A DNA stretch of 64,000 nt from Synergistales bacterium (GCA_963666205.1 OY762654.1:2752001-2816000), one strand, 5' to 3'. Numbered from the stretch's first letter, positions 11,101 to 21,490 are shown. A program made the numbers and translations. The notes: a model not told the origin generated them from the letters alone.

Positions 11101-11387
11101 TCCTTTTCCCATTAATAAAGCGAATTGGATCTCTATATAACAGAGGTGCTTCCTCAAATGTGGATTTACTTGAATTTTACGAACTGGTCCTGAACAAAGG
11201 GGGCCGGTTGGGTATTGAGATTACTGGAGCATCACCGGAAAGCATGAAAAGCCTGGGAGAACTATTTGAAGTTCTATCAAATCTTGTTCAACCTGGGAGT
11301 GAAACTGGAGCAAGACTGGAAATATCAGATCCGCAGGAGAATTGTCTGTTCCTAAAAGAGATCAAAGAGAGAAGGCTGGAGAAGTAG
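8151..11387 (+). CDS. DUF499 AAA+ ATPase of a restriction-like defence system
   Basis: FGGGKTH Walker A, IMLDEL Walker B, YPLHP and FQKTRGVLR; first gene of a coupled four-gene operon. Confidence 0.85.
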   Translation: MGVLQSCTPRDGIISGSFNIEVFTASLSEVNRFYRGEDAQIHEIYTDAKQFFTEGTYPTDGLKNVLSDVFSRIKGDNSAPAIHRLETAFGGGKTHTLIACTHIAYKGKELEGISDEFIDPSILPEQGELKIVAIAGEELDVHRTVGSQIVPYTLWGEIAYQIGGESLYEEVKADATSISAPGSEYFEKVFSGNKILIMLDELAQYSARLIASNLRFQGQLEAFLLALHGYARSHSGIAIILTLASATDAFADQTERLQALLSETTGEDVSLENAIDIGDRAIRGVASVVARDAMVVVPVQATELSAVLAKRLFSFIDREIAQTVAEEYFSVYQKNASLLPDYATRIDYQDRIIAMYPLHPTLIDFLNNKLATSEGFQKTRGVLRTLALAIRALWNKKTNPSMIHICHLDLRDPRTVNEILGRTGSTNLFPALNADIGSPDTGNIEGGKSNAQLADERNPHPESWPFYEYSWKTVFLNSLVGQNEGLGGNLYGVTEQDALIQVSFPGITPPQVRVALEEINNSAFFLHYKEGRYYASSDVGINAVINRIRKTLRRDEVDSLLNVMARKVVSSGKGGFEVVTDISLPEHLPDKKGKPVLGLISLQTPSIDITQFMTTVGPNLPRIEQNHVMMLVPEITEMMNGRDSAKLFSDIEGKRDRKRTQLTDLARYVRAMQKLKDNPHAHGIKPEQLGEEGFYQRLREREKALETIVTQTYRYFFYPVSGTTFVYKEIKTAGGEGGEGVVEQINKILIQEGKLVTSEHTALSNITSLKGIFFSRKDAIKLGELISSFKCNRGWPMLQNPSVFAQVIRAGVEKNIWSLFRFTKKESTRPEEFYDSSQPIPFDLELKEDYSLITSEGAQLRGWGSNTGPDINKVKDMVRHEIARTPGLRVSQVKDKLHSTMEGIKDSVIKEALVDLLKSQKCIIFKGSPDQIQKPEQLVSGTSALLYSPQDDEVIITPSVAAEKGWITTENTTFILEGNEGSEILFPLIKRIGSLYNRGASSNVDLLEFYELVLNKGGRLGIEITGASPESMKSLGELFEVLSNLVQPGSETGARLEISDPQENCLFLKEIKERRLEK

Positions 11388-12017
11388 ATGAAACGCAAAG
11401 ATCAATTGTCAAACTGGACCTGGGAAACAAATTACGAAAATCTTGTGCGTAAGGAAATAAAACATGCGCCATGGATACTTCGTATTACAGAGCATAAGGA
11501 TAAACCAATCCCCGTACTAATAATTAAAGAGCACCGACTTTCTTTTGATGATGAGAATAACCATGAAGAGAATAACCATGAAAAGAATCAGAATACAGCA
11601 TTGAAGGATAGAGGGTTACTCTATGGATCGGAACTGATTCGCTGTATTCCAATAATAAGGGCGCTTCTGTCCAGAGTAAAAAATGAAGACGGAATTCCTC
11701 TAGAACTTCACAGAGTTTTCGAAACCCAAAGAATATCTTTTCGGGGGAACCTTCCTTTAGATGATGAAGCAGGATATAAACTTGCTCTGCTCTTCAAGCT
11801 ACAAGAGAGGATCAAAGGGCTGGACAGAGTAGAATTAATGGCCTTGAGAATAAGTAGTTTCAGCAAGGAAGAAGCAGGTTACTGGTATTCAAGGATCACC
11901 GATTTCAGTCCGGCTGCCAATAGATGGGCACAAGCGGGCCTGAAGATTCTGCTTGCTGGCCATCCTCACGATAATCATGTAACGACAATGCTTGAAAAAC
12001 TGCGTTTAAGATCGTAA
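11388..12017 (+). CDS. DUF3780-like small subunit of the restriction-like system
   Basis: Position between DUF499 and DUF1156 genes; EEAGYWYS motif; abuts the upstream stop codon. Confidence 0.55.
   Translation: MKRKDQLSNWTWETNYENLVRKEIKHAPWILRITEHKDKPIPVLIIKEHRLSFDDENNHEENNHEKNQNTALKDRGLLYGSELIRCIPIIRALLSRVKNEDGIPLELHRVFETQRISFRGNLPLDDEAGYKLALLFKLQERIKGLDRVELMALRISSFSKEEAGYWYSRITDFSPAANRWAQAGLKILLAGHPHDNHVTTMLEKLRLRS
11553..11582 (+). repeat. 15-bp tandem repeat x2 (in-frame ENNHE)
   Basis: gagaataaccatgaa occurs twice in tandem. Confidence 0.8.
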
Positions 12018-12027
12018 TTACTGGAGG

Positions 12028-15000
12028 GTGAACATGACCGATAGATCGGATTTACGTTTTATAGAAACTGGATTTCCTTGTCATCAGGTGGGAGCTGAAA
12101 CGCAGAGAGAAAGAGACACAGGTAAAGCCCCGCCTACCCATCGTCTTCATGTCTGGTGGGCACGAAGACCACTGACACCCAGCCGTGCTGCTATCCTTGG
12201 CTCTTTATTACCTGCAGATACAGACCCTGACTGGTTTTTATGTCAGTTGGGTATTAAAAAAAAGGTTGTCGAGATTAACGGCCAGGAGTGGGTTCTGGAG
12301 GGAAATCTTTTAGAAAAGATTGACTTAGATTCTCAGGGTAATGAGATTTTCCCTTTCTACATAAATTTGTTGAATGACATTGAAAAAGAGAACAAGAAAA
12401 GAGTTGAAATTAGAAAGATTATTGACGATTTAGTAAAAAGAGACAAGGATCTTGTTTCAAATCCAGTGGTGATTCAGTTTAAACTGATATCCCGTCCAAT
12501 TGATTATCAAGGTGTGGATATTCATTCTAGTTTTCCTGTCAAAACAATTTCTGGTGATCCATCTTGGTTCAAATCTTTGTTGGATATCGCGCAAGAAAAA
12601 GATATTCGAGTACCAAATCTATATGGATATGAGAGAGCTTTTCATAATCAGCCTGACCAATTATTTCACAAACAAGTAGTATTGGATCCTACTGCTGGAG
12701 GTGGTTCTATCCCCTTTGAATCTTTACGTCTTGGATGTAGAACAATTTCGAATGAATTAAATCCTGTGGCTTCAGTTATTTTACAGGCAACTCTTGACTT
12801 CCCTTTGCGATTTGGAAATTCTCTTATTGAAAATATTGAAAAATATGGAAAAATTCTTCTTACAATGCTAGGTAACAATCTACATGAAGTATTTCCCACT
12901 ATTCAACCGTTACAAGGTGCAGAATTAAAGGAGCTAAAAGAATTTCTAAAAAAATATCCAGAATATGCTGATATTTACTCGAATGAACATACTACAACTT
13001 TCCTTTACTGTCGCCAGGTAATCTGCCCTCACTGTCATGGAGAAGTACCCCTTTTAAACACTTCATGGCTTTCTAAAGAAGCTGGAAAGCAATGGGGCGT
13101 AAGCATCATTACAGATGGCAAGGAAAGAAATGGTAGTGTTCAGTTCAAAATATATAGGGTTTCCAAAGGAAAAGGCCCCAATGGCGAGGATCCTAACTTT
13201 GCTACAGTTAACCAGGGTGTGGGTTACTGCGTTCATTGCAAACAGGCTATAGATGCTAAAGAAATTAAATGTCAAGCCAGGGGTGAATCAGAACACGGCA
13301 AATGGAAGGATAGACTCTATTCTGTGGTAGCAATTCGCTTTCAGCCTAAACTTGACAAGCAAGGTAAGCCTATACGATATAAAAGTGGTGAGAAGGCTGG
13401 GGAAATCAAAACAGAGAAGGTCCGTTTCTTCAGAACACCAAATGAAACAGATTCTGCTGCTCTTAGACTGGCTGAAAAACGTCTTCAAGAGAACTGGGAT
13501 AGATGGGATAAAGCAGGATTGATCCCAACAGAGAGTTTCCCTGAAGGGAACGACATGAGGCCGGTAATTTATGGCATGGATCGTTGGTGTGATCTTTTCA
13601 CACCTCGTCAACTCTTTGGACATTTGACCCTTATTGACGAGCTCAACAAACTCAAACCCCAGATCTTGTCCGAATTAGGTGAAGAGAAGGGAAAAGCTGT
13701 TGTCACTTATTTGCAATTTGCAATTGACAAAGGACTTGATTATAACAGCAAGCAAACTCGGTGGCACTATAGTCGCGGAGTCATGATTAACACGTTTGGA
13801 CGACATGACTTTTCACTAAAATGGACCTTTGGTGAAATGATCTTTTCTGGGCCTAATTCTGGGGCCAACTGGGGATTGTCCCAAATACTAGATGCGTATA
13901 AAGGTATTGCAGAGCTTTGTCTCTCTTCAAACAAAGAAGATCCTTCTGTTCAGGTAATTAATGGCACCGCAGCACATATGCCAGTTATTGCAAACAATTC
14001 TGTAGATCTTATATGTATGGATCCACCTTACTATAACAATGTTCAGTATGCAGAGCTTTCAGATTATTTTTATGTCTGGCAGAAGAGAACCCTGTCAGAT
14101 CTTTATCCAGACTTTTTTACCCGGCGTTTAACGAACAAACAGGATGAAGCTGTTGCCAACCCTGCTCGAGATGGAAGTGTATTGAAGGCTAAAAAAGCCT
14201 ATGAAAAACTCATGGGAGACATTTTCCGCGAATGTCAAAGGGTCCTTAAAGATGATGGAATCATGACACTCATGTTTACCCATAAAACCCAAGAGGCATG
14301 GGAAACACTAACCCAAGCTCTTATCCAAAACGGATGGGTAATAACATCATCTTTCCCAGTAGAATCGGAGACTCAACAGGGAATACACACAAAAGGAAAT
14401 GCTTCTGCTACCAGCTCTATTTTTATTTCCTGCAGAAAAAAATTACACAACAAAATAACGCCCTCTGTCTGGTCAGACTTTGGTGGTTCAGGGGTCCAAA
14501 ACCAGATCGTAGAGGGAGTAAGGGCGGGATTACAGGGATTCCAATCTCTCAAACTAGGTCCTGTTGACGAGATGGTGGCCAGTTATGGAAGGGCTTTGAG
14601 GGTTCTTTCAGAGAATTGGCCCGTTATCGATGGAGATGAAATGGTAGGTCCATCCAAGGCCATGAACGAAGCTTCACGTGTTGTGGCAGAAAATCAAATT
14701 GAAAGGATCACACAGGGAAGGCTTCATGTCGCAGATCTTTCTCCAGAATCTGCCATGTCTCTGACACTTTATGGTATCTATGGATTAGGGGAGATACCCT
14801 ATGACGACGTACTGAACCTTTCTCGTTCTCTGAATATCAGCCTTACTTCCTACACTGGTGGTTATCAGGTGAATGGCAGCAGGTTTATCGGCATTAACAA
14901 CGATAGTATTAGTGGTAGAAGATCCTCTGGTGCTGATGCCAATGAGATGGGTTACTATGCTCCCTTGATCAAAAAGGGTAGCAAGCTAAGGCTTGCCAAA

Positions 15001-15234
15001 CCAAGCGAAAGGAACAGTCGAAGGCTTGCTAATCCTCAAACTGAATGGGACCTGCTCCAGGGAAGCATTATGGCTTACCGGGAGGGAGATATTGTTCTGG
15101 CAACGGACTATCTTCACAGACATGCCAGAGAGAAAATCGATCTGGTTATTGACCTGATATACGTTTGGGCATCAGAAATGTCGGACGAAAACCTTCGCAA
15201 GGAAGCCAGGGCTCTCCTTTTTGGTTTGAAATGA
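12028..15234 (+). CDS. DUF1156 adenine DNA methyltransferase with zinc ribbon
   Basis: LHVWWARRP, DPTAGGGSIPFE (motif I), CPHC/CVHC and DPPY (motif IV). Confidence 0.9.
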   Translation: MNMTDRSDLRFIETGFPCHQVGAETQRERDTGKAPPTHRLHVWWARRPLTPSRAAILGSLLPADTDPDWFLCQLGIKKKVVEINGQEWVLEGNLLEKIDLDSQGNEIFPFYINLLNDIEKENKKRVEIRKIIDDLVKRDKDLVSNPVVIQFKLISRPIDYQGVDIHSSFPVKTISGDPSWFKSLLDIAQEKDIRVPNLYGYERAFHNQPDQLFHKQVVLDPTAGGGSIPFESLRLGCRTISNELNPVASVILQATLDFPLRFGNSLIENIEKYGKILLTMLGNNLHEVFPTIQPLQGAELKELKEFLKKYPEYADIYSNEHTTTFLYCRQVICPHCHGEVPLLNTSWLSKEAGKQWGVSIITDGKERNGSVQFKIYRVSKGKGPNGEDPNFATVNQGVGYCVHCKQAIDAKEIKCQARGESEHGKWKDRLYSVVAIRFQPKLDKQGKPIRYKSGEKAGEIKTEKVRFFRTPNETDSAALRLAEKRLQENWDRWDKAGLIPTESFPEGNDMRPVIYGMDRWCDLFTPRQLFGHLTLIDELNKLKPQILSELGEEKGKAVVTYLQFAIDKGLDYNSKQTRWHYSRGVMINTFGRHDFSLKWTFGEMIFSGPNSGANWGLSQILDAYKGIAELCLSSNKEDPSVQVINGTAAHMPVIANNSVDLICMDPPYYNNVQYAELSDYFYVWQKRTLSDLYPDFFTRRLTNKQDEAVANPARDGSVLKAKKAYEKLMGDIFRECQRVLKDDGIMTLMFTHKTQEAWETLTQALIQNGWVITSSFPVESETQQGIHTKGNASATSSIFISCRKKLHNKITPSVWSDFGGSGVQNQIVEGVRAGLQGFQSLKLGPVDEMVASYGRALRVLSENWPVIDGDEMVGPSKAMNEASRVVAENQIERITQGRLHVADLSPESAMSLTLYGIYGLGEIPYDDVLNLSRSLNISLTSYTGGYQVNGSRFIGINNDSISGRRSSGADANEMGYYAPLIKKGSKLRLAKPSERNSRRLANPQTEWDLLQGSIMAYREGDIVLATDYLHRHAREKIDLVIDLIYVWASEMSDENLRKEARALLFGLK

Positions 15235-15249
15235 TAGGAGGATACAATC

Positions 15250-18200
15250 TTGCCTGAAGATTTCAAGTTGAAGAATTTCAGAGAATTTGATCTGAAGCAT
15301 ACCTATAGGACGTCCTCCTTCAGGGCTAATGGACCTGTAGATATCCTTAAAGAGTTTTATATACCAGTTCTGAGCCGCTCTCTGAAATATGATCGTATGG
15401 CAGGATATTTTACTTCTTCTTCACTTGCAGCAGCTTCTCAGGGTTTTTCAGCGTTCACCTCTCTGGGAGGCAAACTAAGACTAATAGTAGGTTCAGATCT
15501 CCAAATCGAGGATATTCAGGCTGTTCTTGATGGCGATTCTCAGCGTTTGACACATAAACTCGGTAATGAACTTGAAGACATGAATATCTGGCCAGAAGAG
15601 ACTAAACGAGGTGTAGAACTGCTTTCATGGATGGTTGCCCATGAATATTTGGAAATACGAGTTGCCTTTAGAGTAAGCCTGGTTACCGGTAAACCGATTA
15701 CTTATAACTCCACGGAAGATGGATATGTCCATGAAAAGTGGGCAATCTTTTATGATACAGAAGGTAACCGTATTTTGGCTTCTGGTTCTTTGAACGAATC
15801 CGAAAGGGCTCTTCAAAAAAATGCAGAAAATCTTGATATAAACGCCGAATGGTGGAACGATGTAGCCAAGTCCAAGGTGGATGAGGCCGAAGAGGATTTC
15901 GATCTGCTATGGAAGGACAAGGTGCCCCACATAAAAGTATTCACCCTTCCTCAGGCAATAAAAGAAAAACTTGTCCGTATAGGAAAGGCTGTCAGGATTC
16001 CCACTGAAATAGATGGAACACCTGGCATTGAGGAAAATCCTCTCCTTACTTCAAAGGAAATTCTCCAGTTTCTCCTGATAAAAGAGGGGCCAAGATTACC
16101 AGGTGGACAGTATGTTGGTATGAAAACAACTCCCATCAACCCATGGCCACACCAAGACATAGTTGCTCGCCGCTTAGTAGAAACCTGGCCATATAGTTAC
16201 CTGATGTGTGATGAGGTAGGTCTGGGGAAGACTATAGAGGCTGGTCTTGCACTCAGATCCCTCATTTTGTCTGGAAGGGTGAAGCGAACCATGATTGCCG
16301 CGCCTGCCGGGTTGACTCATCAGTGGCATCGAGAACTTGCAACGAAGTTTTATCTTCCCTTTGGTAGAGCATGTTCTGGCTCTTCTCCAAAACACGAATA
16401 CCTTCTTCCTCTAGAGGAAACCAGACACTCTTCGAGTCTATATTCTCCTGATCTATCTATTGTCTCAACAGGTCTTGTAACTCAAAAACACCGTCAATCT
16501 GCTATAAAGAATGCGTCCGATTTTGACATTGTATTAGTTGATGAAGCTCATTATGCAAGACGTAAAGACCCTGCAGCTAAAGATGGTACAAGGATCGATC
16601 CCAAATATGGGAATCTGTACAAAAGGATAGATGGGACCATTCGGGATAAGACAAAATCATTGTGGCTTGCTACTGCAACACCAATGCAATTAAACTGGAT
16701 AGAATCCTACGATTTAATTCGGCTGACAAAAAGAGTTGGAGCCTTTAAAGACGATCCCTATTTGACGGATTTCTATTATCAATTATTGAGCAATTTAGTC
16801 AACAATGGTGATCTTGATGAATGTCAGTGGTCTTTCTTGAGAAAGACAGTCCTTTCCATTCAGAGTCAAGATCCTCTCCTCTACGAATATTTAAAAACAA
16901 ATCTTTTCAATGCAAGTTTCAGAACTTTAATTCGAAGATGGCTTAAAAATGGGTATGCTCCAGTGGGAACAGGTAAACTTCGATCCAAAAAACTTTTGTT
17001 TTCTGTAGCGCCTCTATCGAGGGTAATGGAGCGTCATACCCGCCAGTTGCTGAAGATATACAAGGAAAAGGGACAGTTAAAAGCCAATCTTGCAGAGAGA
17101 ACCATTCTACCCATTCCACCTCTGAAATTTTCTTCTCAGGAAAAACAGGCATATGAAGAGCTTCAAGATTATTGTCAAGAATTAAAAAAACAGATTGAGC
17201 AGAATTGTTCTGATGGTAACAAACGTGCGAGCATCGGTTTTTATCTCAGTTTTCTGCGATTGCGGTTTGCGTCAAGCCTATTTGCTATTAGGCAAACCCT
17301 TCGCAGAAGACTAGTCAAAGTTATTGCCACTTTGGAGAACCAATTAGTCCATGATACCGATTTTGATTGGAGTGACTTTGATCAGGAAATAGATATTCCT
17401 GACGAAAGGTGTCTAGAAGATTTTTTGAAAGATAGGACACCTGCAGATCTCGAATGGGAAAAGAGTAGATTGGAAGAGATGCTAGTTAACCTCGAAGATC
17501 TTACGAAGACTCCTTTCAAGATTCAGCATCTTCTTTCTGTACTGAATAGCCGTAGAATAAGTCACCTCGATAAAAGGATTCAGCAAACAGTTATTTTCAC
17601 CAGATTTACTGACACTCTGAATGATCTGGTATCGAGACTTCGCATTGTGGATCCATCCATGAGAATAGGCATTTACAGCGGCAAATCTTGCTCATATTAT
17701 GATTCCTCCAGCAAAAAAATGAAGGGTTCCAACAGAGAAGAAATAAAACATAGGTTCTTACAGGGAGAAATTGATGTTCTGATCTGTACTGACGCTGCGG
17801 CAGAAGGACTTAACCTTCAAACGGCAGATCTTCTTATCAATTTAGATCTTCCTTGGAATCCCATGAAACTTGAACAGAGGATAGGAAGAATTGACCGTAT
17901 CGGCCAGAAATATAAAGAGATTTACGTCCTTAATCTTTGTTATCTCGGTTCCGCTGAGGAGATAGTATACGGACGGCTAATAAAACGTTTAGGAGAAGCT
18001 ATGAATGTGGTCGGGAACATGCCTTTTCCCCTTCTTCCTGTAACTGAGGAAGATTTTCGAGAACTTTCAGCAGGAGAAATATTACCCAGTGAGTTGGAGA
18101 TTCGAGCATTAGAAAGATTAAAGTTAAGGCAAGAACGGACGTCCAGCATGGAAATACCTCCAGAGGATCTCTATCAGATCTATACAAACCTTAACCAGAA

Positions 18201-19149
18201 CCATCGATCTCCCATAACACTTGAAGATATCTGGGAAGCTTTAACGTCATCAACATTTTTGCACGATCTGGGTTCCTATACTAAGGAAACATCTGAAGGG
18301 AACATTTTTATAATAAAAGGGATCCTCGTAGTTAATGATGGAACTGCCTTGACCATTGATAAAGATCTTTTCGAAAAAGGATGTCCAGATTTTGATGGGC
18401 CCCTTCATTTTGCAACGTACGGTGATCCTGTTTTTGATGCTTTGCTCGATTTCATACTCTCCGAAGACCATATTCCAGGATCTATAAAAACTATTGAGGT
18501 TCACTCAGATAAGCTAAATGCGGATGTATCAGGAATTTCAGTTCTTACATTCGAAGAAGATAACAAGATCAAGCTTATAACTTCATGGTCTGATATTCAG
18601 GACCTTCAAATTGACGATTCAAGTTCGTTTTCTAAAGATGAGATTGTTGTGCTTCAGCAAACACTGCTCCAGTTAGCAGAAGAGAGAGGACCTAGGCTTA
18701 CAGCAGTTATTAATGATAGGATCTTGAAAGAGAACGAACGCTGTGCAAGTGCCCATCAAATATTGAATTTGGTGGTAGCTCATGGACTGATAAGGTCTAT
18801 GCGGACCTTAGGATATTCCGATGAGGATAATTTTTGGCATTGCATCGGAGAAATTGATCAAAAATTGGAAGGGAAAAAAGAACATGTTGTTCCAGAGTTA
18901 CCTAAAGATCCATTAGAACTAATTTCAGAATACTTAATGATAGATTTTAAAATACCGGCAATTGGTAACACGTTATCACCCAACTTGCCCATTCATATTA
19001 TTCATAGTGCAATACACGCAGCCTGTAGGGAAGCAGATGCAATAAGGGAAGCTAAATCCCGACTCCAGATCAACACTGTTCGCGCAAGAATTAAGAGAAA
19101 AATAGCTGTAATTGCTCAAGAATCATTTGGCAAGCAGGTCTATATCTAA
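15250..19149 (+). CDS. PLD-nuclease-SNF2 helicase fusion
   Basis: HEKWAIFYD...GSLNES (HKD), DEVGLGKT, DEAH, TATP, EGLNLQ and QRIGRIDRIGQ. Confidence 0.9.
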   Translation: MPEDFKLKNFREFDLKHTYRTSSFRANGPVDILKEFYIPVLSRSLKYDRMAGYFTSSSLAAASQGFSAFTSLGGKLRLIVGSDLQIEDIQAVLDGDSQRLTHKLGNELEDMNIWPEETKRGVELLSWMVAHEYLEIRVAFRVSLVTGKPITYNSTEDGYVHEKWAIFYDTEGNRILASGSLNESERALQKNAENLDINAEWWNDVAKSKVDEAEEDFDLLWKDKVPHIKVFTLPQAIKEKLVRIGKAVRIPTEIDGTPGIEENPLLTSKEILQFLLIKEGPRLPGGQYVGMKTTPINPWPHQDIVARRLVETWPYSYLMCDEVGLGKTIEAGLALRSLILSGRVKRTMIAAPAGLTHQWHRELATKFYLPFGRACSGSSPKHEYLLPLEETRHSSSLYSPDLSIVSTGLVTQKHRQSAIKNASDFDIVLVDEAHYARRKDPAAKDGTRIDPKYGNLYKRIDGTIRDKTKSLWLATATPMQLNWIESYDLIRLTKRVGAFKDDPYLTDFYYQLLSNLVNNGDLDECQWSFLRKTVLSIQSQDPLLYEYLKTNLFNASFRTLIRRWLKNGYAPVGTGKLRSKKLLFSVAPLSRVMERHTRQLLKIYKEKGQLKANLAERTILPIPPLKFSSQEKQAYEELQDYCQELKKQIEQNCSDGNKRASIGFYLSFLRLRFASSLFAIRQTLRRRLVKVIATLENQLVHDTDFDWSDFDQEIDIPDERCLEDFLKDRTPADLEWEKSRLEEMLVNLEDLTKTPFKIQHLLSVLNSRRISHLDKRIQQTVIFTRFTDTLNDLVSRLRIVDPSMRIGIYSGKSCSYYDSSSKKMKGSNREEIKHRFLQGEIDVLICTDAAAEGLNLQTADLLINLDLPWNPMKLEQRIGRIDRIGQKYKEIYVLNLCYLGSAEEIVYGRLIKRLGEAMNVVGNMPFPLLPVTEEDFRELSAGEILPSELEIRALERLKLRQERTSSMEIPPEDLYQIYTNLNQNHRSPITLEDIWEALTSSTFLHDLGSYTKETSEGNIFIIKGILVVNDGTALTIDKDLFEKGCPDFDGPLHFATYGDPVFDALLDFILSEDHIPGSIKTIEVHSDKLNADVSGISVLTFEEDNKIKLITSWSDIQDLQIDDSSSFSKDEIVVLQQTLLQLAEERGPRLTAVINDRILKENERCASAHQILNLVVAHGLIRSMRTLGYSDEDNFWHCIGEIDQKLEGKKEHVVPELPKDPLELISEYLMIDFKIPAIGNTLSPNLPIHIIHSAIHAACREADAIREAKSRLQINTVRARIKRKIAVIAQESFGKQVYI

Positions 19150-19207
19150 ATATTACTCGTTTGGAGTGAAGCAAGTGATTTCTAAAATTGAATAGACATT
19201 TCCAACC

Positions 19208-19246
19208 AAGACCCTGGGTTTAACTTTCCAGGGTCTTTTTATTTTT
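19208..19246 (+). terminator. Rho-independent terminator
   Basis: aagaccctgg...ccagggtctttttatttt. Confidence 0.7.
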
Positions 19247-19336
19247 ACTTAGAAATCAGCAATCGTATCAACAACTCCAATGCCACAGCCCTTCATAAGC
19301 TGTGGCTATATGTTTATCTGAAGGAGGATCAATTCT

Positions 19337-19654
19337 ATGAAATTGTTAACACAAGAGGTTATTAAACAGCTACCACAATTATATTCAACTGAAAATATTC
19401 CAGATCCAACAGTCCAGGTGAAGTTCTTCACTCCAGATTCAAGCTGGACCTGGTACATCTTAGAAGGTTCAGAGCAAGAGAATGGCGACTGGCTCTTCTT
19501 CGCCTACGTAATTGGTCTTGAAAGTGAATACGGTTATGTTCTTCTGTCTGAACTGGAAAGTATAAGAGGCTCATTGGGGTTAAAAATTGAAAGGGATCTG
19601 TATTTTGAACCTTCACCCATGAGCAAAATAACAAATAAGAAGAGAGCAGCATAG
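19337..19654 (+). CDS. DUF2958 family protein
   Basis: VKFFTPDSSWTWY...EYGYVLLSELESIRG...IERDLYF; AGGAGG RBS. Confidence 0.85.
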   Translation: MKLLTQEVIKQLPQLYSTENIPDPTVQVKFFTPDSSWTWYILEGSEQENGDWLFFAYVIGLESEYGYVLLSELESIRGSLGLKIERDLYFEPSPMSKITNKKRAA

Positions 19655-19655
19655 G

Positions 19656-19814
19656 ATGATTAATTTTAACGATGGGAAATCATTCAATACCAATTGTGAT
19701 CTTAATGTAATTAGACAAACTGATGGTCTTTATGTAATTGGCAATGGTTATCTTATACCAGTGGATTCAGAAGAGGAGGGGATGGAACTTATAAAAAGAT
19801 TACAAAAAAGATAG
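19656..19814 (+). CDS. Small hypothetical protein (52 aa, MINFNDGKSFNTN...; not in the ORF track)
   Basis: ATG 1 nt after the DUF2958 stop; open frame to TAG; followed by a terminator. Confidence 0.55.
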   Translation: MINFNDGKSFNTNCDLNVIRQTDGLYVIGNGYLIPVDSEEEGMELIKRLQKR

Positions 19815-19845
19815 AAACAGATTATCAACTTGAATAAAACTATCC

Positions 19846-19884
19846 ATGGGTATGCCTTTTATTATGGTATACCCATTATTTTTT
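19846..19884 (+). repeat. 39-bp terminator hairpin, direct-repeat copy 1
   Basis: atgggtatgccttttattatggtatacccattatttttt, identical at 23312-23350. Confidence 0.85.
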
Positions 19885-20245
19885 TAAATAGCTTATAAAA
19901 ATAATTGTTTTTACAAGATAAAATTCTCCAATGTTGCAAAATGGGAACCAGACAGACATAAAGAAAAGATTCTTCGAATAGCAAAGGATAATCCATACAA
20001 TGAAGACTTACTTGACTAAAATAATCAAAATGTAATAATAAAAAAGCCTTTCAGAGAGAACGAGTATGAAACTTAATGTTCGCCAGTCAGCAATCGTTCA
20101 GACTTATCAGCCTTTTCAGTGATGAGAAGCAACTTATCCTTTTTTATTTCCATGTTCAATAATTTTGAACGGGATTTTTTGTAATGTCTTATGTCTTCAA
20201 GTTATATGGCATTTTACTTTTTGCTCAAATCTATAATTTATTAAG

Positions 20246-21490
20246 GTGGGGATTATTTTGAAATTGCAAAGAGCCATTTTTTCTTGTGTCAGTATTGTTT
20301 TGCTAATTTTTTGTTTTTCTCTTTTTCCAACAAAAGCTTCATTGGCAATAAGCGGAAGTTTTGATGTTGATTTTACTGCTATTACGACGGCTCTTGGTGA
20401 AGGTGATTTCCAAAGATCTATATTAAGTAAAGAAAGATTGGTTTCTCAACTTACACCAGACTTATTCACTGAAAAGAACTTTGAGAAAATTGCTCAGACT
20501 TTAAACTATATTGGGGACGAATATTTCTGGTATCTATATTCCTTGGAGAGTGGTTTATATGGTGAAAATATGCATTCCCCACAAGTCTTGGAATATTATC
20601 TGAATTATTTAGATAAATACGGGACGCTGAAAATAATCCAAAATAATTCTTTTTTCTATAAATATGGAGTAGAACTCCAAAGATTTTCAAAGGTGATAAA
20701 TGATATTGCTCTAATTGCGGAAGGCAAGAAAACAAGGTTTGGTTTTGATGATGCAATAATTGCTGGAGCAACTGCTCCTGTCGTTATTCCATCAACCATA
20801 GCAGGAACTTCGTTTGTTGCTACTTCTTTTGCTGTAGTTGCTGCTCCTGTAGCTGTAGTTGCTTCTCCTATGATTCTGATGGCTGTTCCGATTAAATTTG
20901 GGTATGACTTCCTTAAGAACAAAGATATTAACAAAAAGATTTCAACCGAAATCAACCAGATTCCGTTTTTCAAAGACGGTTCAGTAAGTGAGACTTGGAG
21001 CACAACACTTATCGGTTACAGGGAACTCCATAAAAAACTTGGTAGATATAATGCTTTTATTTCTAAACTGAAACAAAGTCTCAGGCAGAATGCCCAATTC
21101 GAATGCGAATTTATTAATAAATTTGAAACCTATGTGGCTCGACAAGAAATTGCTATCAAAAGACTTGATGGTCAACTGAGAAGCCAATTGTTTGATGCCC
21201 CAATAAGAGGTTACTGCTTGTTAACAAATATCAAAATTATTTTGGCGAAGGGATTATTGAATGATAATGAAGATCAAATACAAGATGCAGGAATATCTTT
21301 TGCGAAAACTACAGGTTTTATAAAATGTATCAAACAAGATGAAACGGCTAAACTTTGGTTTGATGTCGCTTCGAGAATTAAAGATGAACTTGGTAGAGGT
21401 AAAGGATATGAAGAACTTGTATCTAAAAGTCAACTTTCTCCTGAGTGGAGTGAACTTCCTCAAAACATGGATATTAAATGGCCAGAGTAG
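20246..21490 (+). CDS. Putative exported helical protein with a central hydrophobic hairpin
   Basis: N-terminal signal-like segment; ~45-aa Ala/Val/Pro-rich hydrophobic stretch between helical regions. Confidence 0.6.
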   Translation: MGIILKLQRAIFSCVSIVLLIFCFSLFPTKASLAISGSFDVDFTAITTALGEGDFQRSILSKERLVSQLTPDLFTEKNFEKIAQTLNYIGDEYFWYLYSLESGLYGENMHSPQVLEYYLNYLDKYGTLKIIQNNSFFYKYGVELQRFSKVINDIALIAEGKKTRFGFDDAIIAGATAPVVIPSTIAGTSFVATSFAVVAAPVAVVASPMILMAVPIKFGYDFLKNKDINKKISTEINQIPFFKDGSVSETWSTTLIGYRELHKKLGRYNAFISKLKQSLRQNAQFECEFINKFETYVARQEIAIKRLDGQLRSQLFDAPIRGYCLLTNIKIILAKGLLNDNEDQIQDAGISFAKTTGFIKCIKQDETAKLWFDVASRIKDELGRGKGYEELVSKSQLSPEWSELPQNMDIKWPE

